The notes under the pieces: model-generated
Database searches by the model: none
What the model was told of the DNA's origin: nothing
Seen by the model: only the letters and a program-made list of their open reading frames with translations
NCBI GenBank assembly: GCA_964428265.1
Contig: CAYRXK010000002.1
Location: 1-54,679 of the forward strand
Source of the DNA: an uncultured Treponemataceae bacterium
GTDB taxonomy: Bacteria; Spirochaetota; Spirochaetia; Treponematales; Rectinemataceae
Direction: 5' to 3'
Length of the DNA stretch: 54,679 nucleotides
Position numbers and translations under genes: made by a program
Part shown: piece by piece, positions 18,782-27,063 of the stretch
How positions within the stretch are numbered: position 1 is the stretch's first letter
How the letters are laid out: each line of letters begins with the position of its first letter

Positions 18782-18948
18782 TCGTTCCTCTCTCTTTTTG
18801 GACGTTCCCCCAACACCAAGGTTGGAGGCCCGCGCGCTCCGGCGCGGGAAGATCCGGCCGTTTCCGGACGGATAAAGAGGGCTATGCATTCAACCATGAA
18901 ACCGGGGGTTGTGGCAATCGCCCCATGCGCCTCATGACGCGCACGCTA

Positions 18949-18977
18949 TTGTCACGGCCCGACGCTTTTCCCATAAT
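18949..18977 (+). promoter_or_regulatory. Candidate sigma70-type promoter for hisS
   Basis: TTGTCA (18949-18954), 17 nt, CATAAT (18972-18977), about 60 nt upstream of the hisS ATG. Confidence 0.35.
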
Positions 18978-19037
18978 ATCACGCGCCTTACGCGCCTTAC
19001 GCGCCCTCGACGCCGCGCAGCACCATGGAGGAACACG

Positions 19038-20396
19038 ATGTCCGAAATAATAGAACCCCGCGTACTGAAGGGCTTCCGGGATTACCTGCCCGACGCGGAG
19101 CTGCAGCGGGCGGGCCTGGTCCGGTCGCTGGAAACCGTGTTCCGCTCCTTCGGGTTCGTGCCCATCGACACCCCGGCGCTCGAATACGCCGAAATACTCC
19201 TTGGCAAGGGCGGCGGCGAAACGGACAAGCAGGTCTACAAATTCCGGGATCACGGCGATCGCGACGTGGCCCTGCGATTCGACCTGACCGTACCTTTCGC
19301 GCGTTTCATGGCGGAGCACGCCGATGCGCTGTACCTTCCCTTCCGCCGCTACCACATGGCAAAGGTCTGGCGCGGCGAAAACACCCAGCGGGGCCGCTAC
19401 CGCGAATTCATGCAGTGCGACTTCGACATCGTGGGCACCGACTCGGCCGCGGCCGACGCGGACATCATCCTGACCATAGCACAGGCCATGCGCGCACTGG
19501 ACGCCGGCTCCGTGCGCATCCGCGTGAACCACCGCGGCCTGTTCAACCGTTTTCTGGCCGCGCGCGGGGTGGCGGAAAAGTCGGTGGCCGTCCTGCGCAC
19601 GGTGGACAAGCTGGAAAAGATCGGCGCCGACGAGACGCTCGCGCTTCTTGCCGCCGACATCGGCGACGACACCGCGCGCGCCGTGCTCGACTTCATAAGG
19701 CCGGAAAGCGGTTTTACCTCGACCCTGGCGAAACTGCGGGATGCCTGCGCGGCTGCCGATCCCGAGGCGCAGGCGGCGCGCGACCGGCTGGCGGAGGTAT
19801 ACGAGATAGCCCTGGCGGCGGGCGCGTCGGATTCCCTGGTACTGGATCCGTCCATAACGCGCGGCCTGGATTACTATACGGGCATGGTGGTGGAAACGAG
19901 CCTGGCGGACCTGCCGCAGATCGGGTCGGTCTGCTCGGGCGGCCGCTACAATGAACTGGCCAGCCTCTATACGACCAGGAAACTGCCCGGTGTCGGGGCA
20001 TCGGTGGGGCTGGACCGCCTGATCGCCGCGCTGGAAGCCCTGAACCGCTCCGGCGGCCGGCCGGTGGTCACGCGCGTCCTGGTGCTGGATGCGCTCGCAT
20101 CGGACCGCGGGGCAGCCCGGAGCGCGGCGCAGCGCACGGCGGCCGCCCTGCGCGAACGCGGCATCGCCACCGAGGTGTTCCCCGAACCGAAGAAGATCCA
20201 GACCCAGTACGCCTACGCCGAAAAAAAGGGCATACCCTACGCCATCATCCTGGACGACGCCGCGTTGGGCAAGGGCGTCATTCCGGTCAGGACCCTGGCC
20301 ACCCGCAGCACCACGGAATGCGCGGACATCGATGCGGCCGTCAGGCTGCTTGCGGGGGACGCGCGGCTGCCGTCGCAGGACGCGACGCATGGCTGA
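19038..20396 (+). CDS. hisS: Histidine--tRNA ligase
   Basis: 452 aa from ATG 19038, with GGAGGAA upstream. Class II motifs (VLKGFRDYLP, RYREFMQCDFD) and an anticodon-binding C-domain. Confidence 0.95.
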   Translation: MSEIIEPRVLKGFRDYLPDAELQRAGLVRSLETVFRSFGFVPIDTPALEYAEILLGKGGGETDKQVYKFRDHGDRDVALRFDLTVPFARFMAEHADALYLPFRRYHMAKVWRGENTQRGRYREFMQCDFDIVGTDSAAADADIILTIAQAMRALDAGSVRIRVNHRGLFNRFLAARGVAEKSVAVLRTVDKLEKIGADETLALLAADIGDDTARAVLDFIRPESGFTSTLAKLRDACAAADPEAQAARDRLAEVYEIALAAGASDSLVLDPSITRGLDYYTGMVVETSLADLPQIGSVCSGGRYNELASLYTTRKLPGVGASVGLDRLIAALEALNRSGGRPVVTRVLVLDALASDRGAARSAAQRTAAALRERGIATEVFPEPKKIQTQYAYAEKKGIPYAIILDDAALGKGVIPVRTLATRSTTECADIDAAVRLLAGDARLPSQDATHG

Positions 20397-21093
20397 CGGT
20401 CACGACAACGGCATCCGGAGCTACGTGCTGCGCCAGGGCAGGATGACCGACGCGCAGAAAGACGCCATTCGTGAACTCGGGCCGCGCTGGATGCTGCCGT
20501 TCGCTTCATCGCCGTTGGATCCGGCCTCGCTGTTCGACCCGCCGCGGCCGGTGATCATGGAAATCGGTTTCGGCATGGGCCAGGCCACCTGGCAGATCGC
20601 GAAAGCCCGCGGCGAGCTGGGCTTCCTGGGCTGTGAAGTGCACGGACCGGGCGTCGGCAGGCTCCTGCAGGACATCTCCCGCGAGGGGATCGAAAACCTG
20701 CGCATAATCCAGCACGACGCGGTGGAAGTGCTGCAGTCGATGATCCCGGAAGCCAGCCTTTCCGGCCTGCATATCTTCTACCCCGATCCCTGGCCCAAAA
20801 AGCGGCACCACAAGCGCCGCCTCCTTCGTCCCGGCATCGCGGAGCTGATGGTGTCGCGCCTGGCGCCCGGGGGCTACCTGTATTTCGTGACCGACATCGA
20901 GGACTACGGCCGCGCCACGCTGGAGCTGCTGTCCGCCCTGCCGGAGCTTCGGAACAAGGCCGATTCCGCCGCCCCCGGCGCGGATTCAGGCTTCTGCGCT
21001 CCCCAGGCCTGGAGGCCGGAGACCAAGTTCCAGCGCCGCGCCACGGAAGCCGACCGGCTCGCCTGGGAACTGATGTTCGTAAAACGCGCCTGA
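20389..21093 (+). CDS. trmB: tRNA (guanine46-N7)-methyltransferase
   Basis: 234 aa. EIGFGMG SAM motif and the FYPDPWPKKRHHKRR signature. 8-nt overlap with hisS. Confidence 0.9.
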   Translation: MADGHDNGIRSYVLRQGRMTDAQKDAIRELGPRWMLPFASSPLDPASLFDPPRPVIMEIGFGMGQATWQIAKARGELGFLGCEVHGPGVGRLLQDISREGIENLRIIQHDAVEVLQSMIPEASLSGLHIFYPDPWPKKRHHKRRLLRPGIAELMVSRLAPGGYLYFVTDIEDYGRATLELLSALPELRNKADSAAPGADSGFCAPQAWRPETKFQRRATEADRLAWELMFVKRA

Positions 21094-21101
21094 GGCGCCG
21101 T

Positions 21102-23786
21102 TCAGTCGAAGAACGAATTCAGGCGACGGTACAGGGCGCTGACCTTTTCAATGGCCGTGTCGGCCGCCCGCGATGCGCCAGGGGCGGCGCCCAGTCTGTC
21201 CGCCAGGGACTCCAGGCTCGCCAGGCTCTCGTTCAGCGCGGTGTGGAATCCCTTGCTCACCCTGAACCAGTATTCGCCCTCGCGATTGGAATACAGCGCC
21301 ACAAAACCGAGCGACCGCCCCTTCCCCTTGATCTTCGACACCTGAAGGACATGGTCGATGACCGACACGAGCTCGTGCAGGCCGGCTTCATCCTGGACGA
21401 TGTAATTCTTGCCGTGCGGCCACTCGCGGCCCATGTCGGTTTCGGGTTCCAGCCAGGACAGGATGCGAAGGATGGTTTCCAGCTTTTCGCCGCGCATGAG
21501 TTCCCAGCCCGATACCTTGATGACCGCCTTCAGGCCCTTGAAGGCGGCGCCTGCGTCGCGGTCCAGGCCGTCGCGCGCCTTTTTCAGGTCGGTCCAGTCG
21601 AGGGTGACGATCTTCTTCATGCCCTTTTCGTGCTGGATGGGGAACACCGCATCGCCGATTTTCACGAAGTTGGTGAAATCGCGCGATGCACCTCCTTGCG
21701 CATTCCGCTCGGCCTTGCCGGCCGGCATGCCGTGCGGGCGCCCCGCGTCCGTGTCGTAGCGGCCGCCGGGACCACCGTGGCCGGTCTGCCGCGCGCTCTC
21801 GCGGCCCATCGATCGCTCCGCGGCATGGACGCGCCCTCGATCCCTCGATCCACCCTCGACATGGGAGGGACGACCGAGCCGCTCCTCCAGCAACGGGTCG
21901 ATGCGGCGCAGAAGGTCGCGCGGCAGGGGCGAAACCGACATGGCGTACATGCGCGTGGTGCGCACCACCTCGCCGGCGACCAGGTAGTCGGGATTTTCGC
22001 GGAACATCACCGATCCGGGGTGGATCTGGATGCGCTCGGCGGTCAGCGAGCGGAAAAGGCCGCGGTCCTGGCGGGCGCAGACGAACTGGATCAGGCCGCG
22101 GCTGACCGCGCAGAGGTAATCCCAGGTTTCGCCGCCTGAAAGCAGGGGAAAGCCCATCGCGGACACGATGAGCCCGAGCTGTTCGCGGATGCGCACGATC
22201 TCGTGCAGGGTGCGCTCGTCCATGTAATTGCGGTCGCAGAATTTTGTCTTGTCGCGCGCGTCGTGGAAGGCCTTGAAGATGCGCAGGTAGGACACGAAGT
22301 CGCCCTGGGGGTCGCGGAAGGCGTGGTGAGCCCGGCGCGCCTCCATTTCCTCGCCCGGGGGCAGGACATAGGGGCTCATGGTGGAGAGGAAGGACGCGGC
22401 GATCAGGGTTTCGTCGATCACCTCGGGATATTTCAGCAGCGATTCCACGATCATGCGCGACAGGCGCGGCAGCAGCGGGAAGGCGCACATGAGTTCGCCC
22501 ACCCGCGACAGGGTGCGCTCGGGCGTCAGGGCATCGAGGAGATTCAGGGCGTCGACCGCGCCGGCGATGCCGGTTCTCGCGGGCTTGGCGATGAATTCGA
22601 AGCGCTCGAAATCGCGTATGCCGAGTTCGGCCATGCGCAGGACCACTTCGGACAGGTCGGTGCGGTAGATTTCCTCGGTGGTGAACAGGGGGCGGTTTTC
22701 GAAGTCCTTGCGCGGGTACAGGCGGTAGCAGACGCCCGGCCGGGTGCGCCCCGCCCTTCCCTTGCGCTGGTTGCAGGAGGCTTTGGAAATGGGTGTCTCT
22801 ATGAGGCTGGACGTGAAGGTTTTGGGGTTGTAGTAATTCAGCTTTGCAAGGCCCGAGTCGATCACGACGGAAATGCCCTGGATGGTGACCGAGGTTTCCG
22901 CGATGTTGGTGGAAATGACTACCTTTGCCTTGCCCTCGGGCGCGGGATCGAAGACGCGCTCCTGCTCGTCCTTGCCCAGACGGGCGTAGAGCGGCACGAT
23001 GTGCAGTTTCGGATACAACTTCCCGTAGGCCAGCCGTTGCATGCATTCCTTTATCGCCTTCTCGCCGGGAAGGAAGATGAGCACGTCGCCGTCCTCGTCT
23101 TCGGCGCGTTCGGAGAGCACGCGGTCAAGGATAACGCCGATCTTGTCCAGCAGGGCTTCGTCAGAGGCCTTGTAGACCGGTTCCTGCTCGTCCTCGGGCG
23201 CCGGCGAATCGTAGATGACGGTGACCGGCCAGACCTGGGTTTCGATCTTCACGATGGGGCATTCGCCGAAGTACTCGGAAAAGACTTCCGCGTTGATGGT
23301 GGCCGACGAAACGATGACCTTGAATTCGGGCCGTTCTTCCAGCACGTGCTTAAGGAGGCCGAGGATGAAGTCGATGTTGAGGGAGCGTTCGTGCGCCTCG
23401 TCCACCATGATCACGCCGTAGCGGGTCAGCAGCGGGTCCAGCTTCATTTCCTGCAGGAGGATTCCGTCGGTCATGATCTTGATGGCGGTGGATGAGTCGG
23501 TGCGGTCCTCGAAGCGCATCTTGTAGCCGACCGTGCCGGGCACGGTGCCGCCCATCTGCCGCGCGATGAAATCGGACACCGACAGGACGGCGATGCGCCG
23601 CGGCTGGGTGACGCCTATGATGCCGTTGCGGGCGAAGCCGGCCTCGTGCAGGATGACCGGCAACTGGGTGGTCTTGCCGGAGCCGGTGGGGCTTTCCACG
23701 ACGATGACCTGGTTTTCGGCCAGGGCATCGAGGATTTTCTGTTTCTGGGCGTAGACGGGCAGTTCGCGGGGGTTTATCGGCTGCAT
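21102..23786 (-). CDS. DEAH-box ATP-dependent RNA helicase, HrpA/HrpB family, with an unassigned C-terminal domain
   Basis: 894 aa. Walker A ESPTGSGKTTQLP, the DEAH box (VDEAHERS), and helicase-C, HA2 and OB-like regions. Then a Gly/Arg-rich linker and a roughly 190-aa C-terminal module. Confidence 0.9.
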   Translation of the reverse strand: MQPINPRELPVYAQKQKILDALAENQVIVVESPTGSGKTTQLPVILHEAGFARNGIIGVTQPRRIAVLSVSDFIARQMGGTVPGTVGYKMRFEDRTDSSTAIKIMTDGILLQEMKLDPLLTRYGVIMVDEAHERSLNIDFILGLLKHVLEERPEFKVIVSSATINAEVFSEYFGECPIVKIETQVWPVTVIYDSPAPEDEQEPVYKASDEALLDKIGVILDRVLSERAEDEDGDVLIFLPGEKAIKECMQRLAYGKLYPKLHIVPLYARLGKDEQERVFDPAPEGKAKVVISTNIAETSVTIQGISVVIDSGLAKLNYYNPKTFTSSLIETPISKASCNQRKGRAGRTRPGVCYRLYPRKDFENRPLFTTEEIYRTDLSEVVLRMAELGIRDFERFEFIAKPARTGIAGAVDALNLLDALTPERTLSRVGELMCAFPLLPRLSRMIVESLLKYPEVIDETLIAASFLSTMSPYVLPPGEEMEARRAHHAFRDPQGDFVSYLRIFKAFHDARDKTKFCDRNYMDERTLHEIVRIREQLGLIVSAMGFPLLSGGETWDYLCAVSRGLIQFVCARQDRGLFRSLTAERIQIHPGSVMFRENPDYLVAGEVVRTTRMYAMSVSPLPRDLLRRIDPLLEERLGRPSHVEGGSRDRGRVHAAERSMGRESARQTGHGGPGGRYDTDAGRPHGMPAGKAERNAQGGASRDFTNFVKIGDAVFPIQHEKGMKKIVTLDWTDLKKARDGLDRDAGAAFKGLKAVIKVSGWELMRGEKLETILRILSWLEPETDMGREWPHGKNYIVQDEAGLHELVSVIDHVLQVSKIKGKGRSLGFVALYSNREGEYWFRVSKGFHTALNESLASLESLADRLGAAPGASRAADTAIEKVSALYRRLNSFFD

Positions 23787-23844
23787 GGCATCCTTTGCGG
23801 AAAGTGTAGCTAAAATCGGCGTCTTTCGCTAGGATCGGCTCATC

Positions 23845-25104
23845 ATGCAGCTTGCGCCGATCATCAGCTACGCCATCATCCTGGTGTCCTTCGCCGGCAT
23901 CGCCGTGGGAAGGATTCCCGGCCTGGCGATGAACCGGGCCGGCATCGCGGTGGCGGGCGCGGCGGCCCTGATCGCCTCGGGCGCGCTGGGCGCGCAAGAA
24001 GCCTTCGCCGCGGTGGACTTCGAGACGATCGCCCTGCTCTTCTGCATGATGGTCCTGGTGGCCAACCTGCGCATCTCCGGTTTTTTCGACCTGGCCGGTT
24101 CCCGGATCGTGCGGATCGCGCACGATCCGCGCGCTTTCCTGGCGGTGGTGATCCTGGCCTCGGGATTCCTGTCGGCATTGTTCCTGAACGACACGATCTG
24201 CATCATGCTCACACCGCTGGTAGCCCAGATCGTGCGCCGCCGCGGCATGGACGGCAGACCCTACCTGATAGGCCTCGCGGCCGCGGCCAACGCAGGCTCC
24301 TGCGCCACCCCGATCGGCAATCCCCAGAACATGCTGATCGCCGCGTCGTCAGGCCTGGGCTTACGCGATTTCGCCGCGGCGCTGGCCCTTCCCTCGCTGT
24401 TCGCCCTGGGCTGCACCTGGGTGGCGGTGGTCCTGGTCTTCCCTTCCGAGTTTTCACGATCGCGCGCGCGGCTGGCGGCGCCAGGGCCGGCTCCGGTAGC
24501 GGGTCCGGGTTCGGGCGCGGAAACGGACATCGCCCTGATGCGCAAGAGCCTGGCGGCTGCAGGCCTGCTCCTGGTCCTGCTGGTGTTCGGCGTGCGCACC
24601 AGCCTGGCGGCCCTGGTCGCGGCGTCGGCCCTGCTAGTTACCCGGCGCATCCATCCCGAACGAGTGCTGCGCGAGGTGGACTTCACCCTGCTGGTGTTTT
24701 TCTCGGGACTCTTCGTGCTCACCGGCGCGGTGGGGCGCAGCCCCCTGTTCGCGCGCGCCATGGACGCGGCGCTGCCCCACCTGGTCCGTCCCGGCGCGGC
24801 CTTCGCCGCCACGGTGGCGCTGGCCTCGAACCTCATATCCAATGTACCGGCGGTGATGCTGCTCTCGCCCGTGGCCTCGGGCTTCGCCGATTCGCGGGCA
24901 GCCTGGTTCATGCTGGCCATGGCCAGCACCTTCGCGGGCAACCTGACCCTGCTCGGCTCTGTCGCCAACCTCATCGTGGCCGAGCAGGCGGAGCGCTTCG
25001 GCACCCGAATCGGCTTCGCGGACTACCTGAAGGTCGGCGTGCCGGTGACCCTGGCCAGCATCGCAGGCGGCGTCCTGTGGCTCGGCATCATCGGAGGAAG
25101 GTAA
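23845..25104 (+). CDS. ArsB/NhaD-superfamily anion permease (YbiR/CitMHS-like)
   Basis: 419 aa, about 10-12 TM. Sequence features typical of this superfamily (NDTICIMLTP, ATPIGNPQN, and a repeated half in the C-terminus). Confidence 0.8.
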   Translation: MQLAPIISYAIILVSFAGIAVGRIPGLAMNRAGIAVAGAAALIASGALGAQEAFAAVDFETIALLFCMMVLVANLRISGFFDLAGSRIVRIAHDPRAFLAVVILASGFLSALFLNDTICIMLTPLVAQIVRRRGMDGRPYLIGLAAAANAGSCATPIGNPQNMLIAASSGLGLRDFAAALALPSLFALGCTWVAVVLVFPSEFSRSRARLAAPGPAPVAGPGSGAETDIALMRKSLAAAGLLLVLLVFGVRTSLAALVAASALLVTRRIHPERVLREVDFTLLVFFSGLFVLTGAVGRSPLFARAMDAALPHLVRPGAAFAATVALASNLISNVPAVMLLSPVASGFADSRAAWFMLAMASTFAGNLTLLGSVANLIVAEQAERFGTRIGFADYLKVGVPVTLASIAGGVLWLGIIGGR

Positions 25105-25107
25105 GGC

Positions 25108-26358
25108 ATGCGCGCGCCGAAGGAAGAGGTGCTCAGCGTTTCCGCGCTCACGCAGGCCATCCGGGTGAATCTGGAAGGCGGTTTCCCCGCGGTGGCGGTC
25201 GAAGGCGAAATCTCCAACCTGAAGGCGGCGTCATCGGGACACCTGTATTTCAGCCTGAAGGACCGCGACGCCATGCTGCAGGCGGTCATGTTCCGCTACC
25301 GCTCGCGCGACCTGGGCTTCGAACCCCGCGACGGCATGAAGGTGGTGGCGCGCGGCGGCGTCACGGTGTACCCGCAGCGCGGCCAGTACCAGCTTCTGGT
25401 CGAGCGCATGGCGCGATCCGGCGAGGGCGAGATCCTGGCCATGCTGGAAGCACGCCGCCGCGCCCTGGCGGCCGAGGGCCTGTTCGACGAGGATCGCAAG
25501 AAACCCCTGCCCCGCCTGCCGCACAGGGTCGGCGTGGTGACCAGCCCCACGGGCGCGGCCATCCGCGACATCCTGAACGTCCTTGCGCGGCGCAATTCGG
25601 GCGTCCGCGTGATCGTGCTGCCGGCGGCCGTGCAGGGCGAGGCCGCGCCCGGGCAGATCGCCGCGCGCATCCGCCAGGCCAACGCCATGAAGCTGGCAGA
25701 CGTGCTCATAGTCGGGCGCGGCGGCGGCTCGCTCGAGGACCTGCTGGCCTTCTCCGACGAGGAAGTCGTGCGCGCCGTGGCAGCCTCGGCGATTCCGGTG
25801 ATCAGCGCCGTAGGCCACGAGGTGGACTGGTCCCTATCCGACTACGCCGCCGACCTGCGCGCGCCGACACCCTCGGCCGCCGCCGAGCTGGTCAGCGAAT
25901 CGCGCGATTCGGTCGCCCGGCAGGTCATGCAGGCGCGCCTGGAGATCGCCACGTCGATGCGTTCCAGGCTCGATTACGCCACGCTGGCGGTGGAACGCTT
26001 TTCGCCCGCCGATGTCGAGGCGCGCTTCATGCGCCTTTTCCTGCCGGTGGCGCGGCGCCATGACGAAGCGCGCGATCGCCTGACCTCCGGGCTGCGGGAC
26101 CTGGCGCGCGACCGCCGGCACCGCCTGGAACTGGCCGAGCGGGCACTGTCGCTTTCCAGCCCCGAAGCCATCCTGGCGCGGGGCTATTCCATCGTGACCA
26201 GGCACGCCACCGAGCCAATGCTCGGTCTCGATGGCGATTCCGGTTCCGATTCCGGCGAGGCCCTGAGGGACGCGTCCGGGCTCAAACCCGGCGATCTGGT
26301 GGACATTCGATTTTCGCGGGGATCGAGCCTCGCGGCGATCAGGAAGGTGCGGAAATGA
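25108..26358 (+). CDS. xseA: Exodeoxyribonuclease VII large subunit
   Basis: 416 aa. N-terminal OB fold (VEGEISNLKAASSGHLYFSLKD) and catalytic core (VVTSPTGAAIRD, GRGGGS.EDL, GHEVD). Confidence 0.9.
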   Translation: MRAPKEEVLSVSALTQAIRVNLEGGFPAVAVEGEISNLKAASSGHLYFSLKDRDAMLQAVMFRYRSRDLGFEPRDGMKVVARGGVTVYPQRGQYQLLVERMARSGEGEILAMLEARRRALAAEGLFDEDRKKPLPRLPHRVGVVTSPTGAAIRDILNVLARRNSGVRVIVLPAAVQGEAAPGQIAARIRQANAMKLADVLIVGRGGGSLEDLLAFSDEEVVRAVAASAIPVISAVGHEVDWSLSDYAADLRAPTPSAAAELVSESRDSVARQVMQARLEIATSMRSRLDYATLAVERFSPADVEARFMRLFLPVARRHDEARDRLTSGLRDLARDRRHRLELAERALSLSSPEAILARGYSIVTRHATEPMLGLDGDSGSDSGEALRDASGLKPGDLVDIRFSRGSSLAAIRKVRK

Positions 26359-26594
26359 AAGATTTCGAAAAAAGGCTGTCGCGGCTTGAATCGCTGGCGG
26401 GACGGATCAAGGAGCCGGACATACCCCTTGAGGAAGCCCTCGACGTGTTCGAGGAGGGCATGAAGCTGTCCAAGGGCCTGAAAAAGGACCTGGACCGCAT
26501 GCAGGAGCGCGTGCTGACCCTGGTGAACGAGCCGGGCGACGAGGGCGAGGCGATTCTCGGGAGTTTCAGCGAAGAAGGGGAAGGACAAAGCTGA
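26355..26594 (+). CDS. xseB: Exodeoxyribonuclease VII small subunit
   Basis: 79 aa; FEKRLSRLESLAGRIKEPDIPLEEALDVFEEGMKL is the XseB helical hairpin. ATGA overlap with xseA. Confidence 0.9.
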   Translation: MKDFEKRLSRLESLAGRIKEPDIPLEEALDVFEEGMKLSKGLKKDLDRMQERVLTLVNEPGDEGEAILGSFSEEGEGQS

Positions 26595-26955
26595 GGAGCT
26601 GGCGGTCCGATCCGGCCAGGTCCAGGTTTTCGAGTTCTTCCGGGCCCACCCAGCGCACTTCCAGGTGTTCCCGCAGGTCGAGGGGGCGGCCCCGGTCCAG
26701 TTCCACCGACCAGGCGCAGAGGTCGCGCGTACGCTCGTGGTGGATGAACGAGGCTTCGCCCAGGGCTTTCAGGGGCCGCACCGCCACGCCGAACTCCTCG
26801 TCGAATTCACGGATCAGGGCGGCGCGGTCGTCTTCGCCCTCTTCGACCTTGCCGCCAGGGAATTCCCATTTCAGGCCAAGCTCGCCGCCCGGTTTGCGCC
26901 GCGCGACGAACACCCTGCCTTCACCAACGGCGATGGCCGCCACGGATCGCAACAT
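26566..26955 (-). CDS. NUDIX hydrolase, MutT-like
   Basis: 129 aa with Nudix box GGKVEEGEDDRAALIREFDEEFG. GGGAGG SD upstream of ATG 26955. Its 3' end overlaps the xseB 3' end by 29 nt. Confidence 0.85.
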   Translation of the reverse strand: MLRSVAAIAVGEGRVFVARRKPGGELGLKWEFPGGKVEEGEDDRAALIREFDEEFGVAVRPLKALGEASFIHHERTRDLCAWSVELDRGRPLDLREHLEVRWVGPEELENLDLAGSDRQLLSFVLPLLR

Positions 26956-27031
26956 TCTACCTCCCGAGCTGTCAGTCCTGTTGTTTTCCCCGTTGTCCGC
27001 CGAGCCTACGATGCCCCGCCGCCGCGGTCAA

Positions 27032-27063
27032 GCAAGATCAACCGGTGATCAAGATCAACCGGT
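27032..27063. repeat. 17-bp tandem duplication spanning the nnr stop codon
   Basis: CAAGATCAACCGGTGAT (27032-27048) followed by CAAGATCAACCGGTG (27049-27063). Confidence 0.75.

Noticed and set aside
18982-19008. CGCGCCTTA x2 plus a degenerate third copy in the hisS 5' UTR, considered as a T-box or attenuator
   Set aside because: It is far too short for a T-box. It has no specifier or antiterminator architecture, no terminator and no leader peptide. It is probably simple slippage.
18882-20390. 502-aa ORF antisense to hisS
   Set aside because: Same reasoning. It is fully nested opposite a conserved class II synthetase, with no SD and low-complexity basic sequence.
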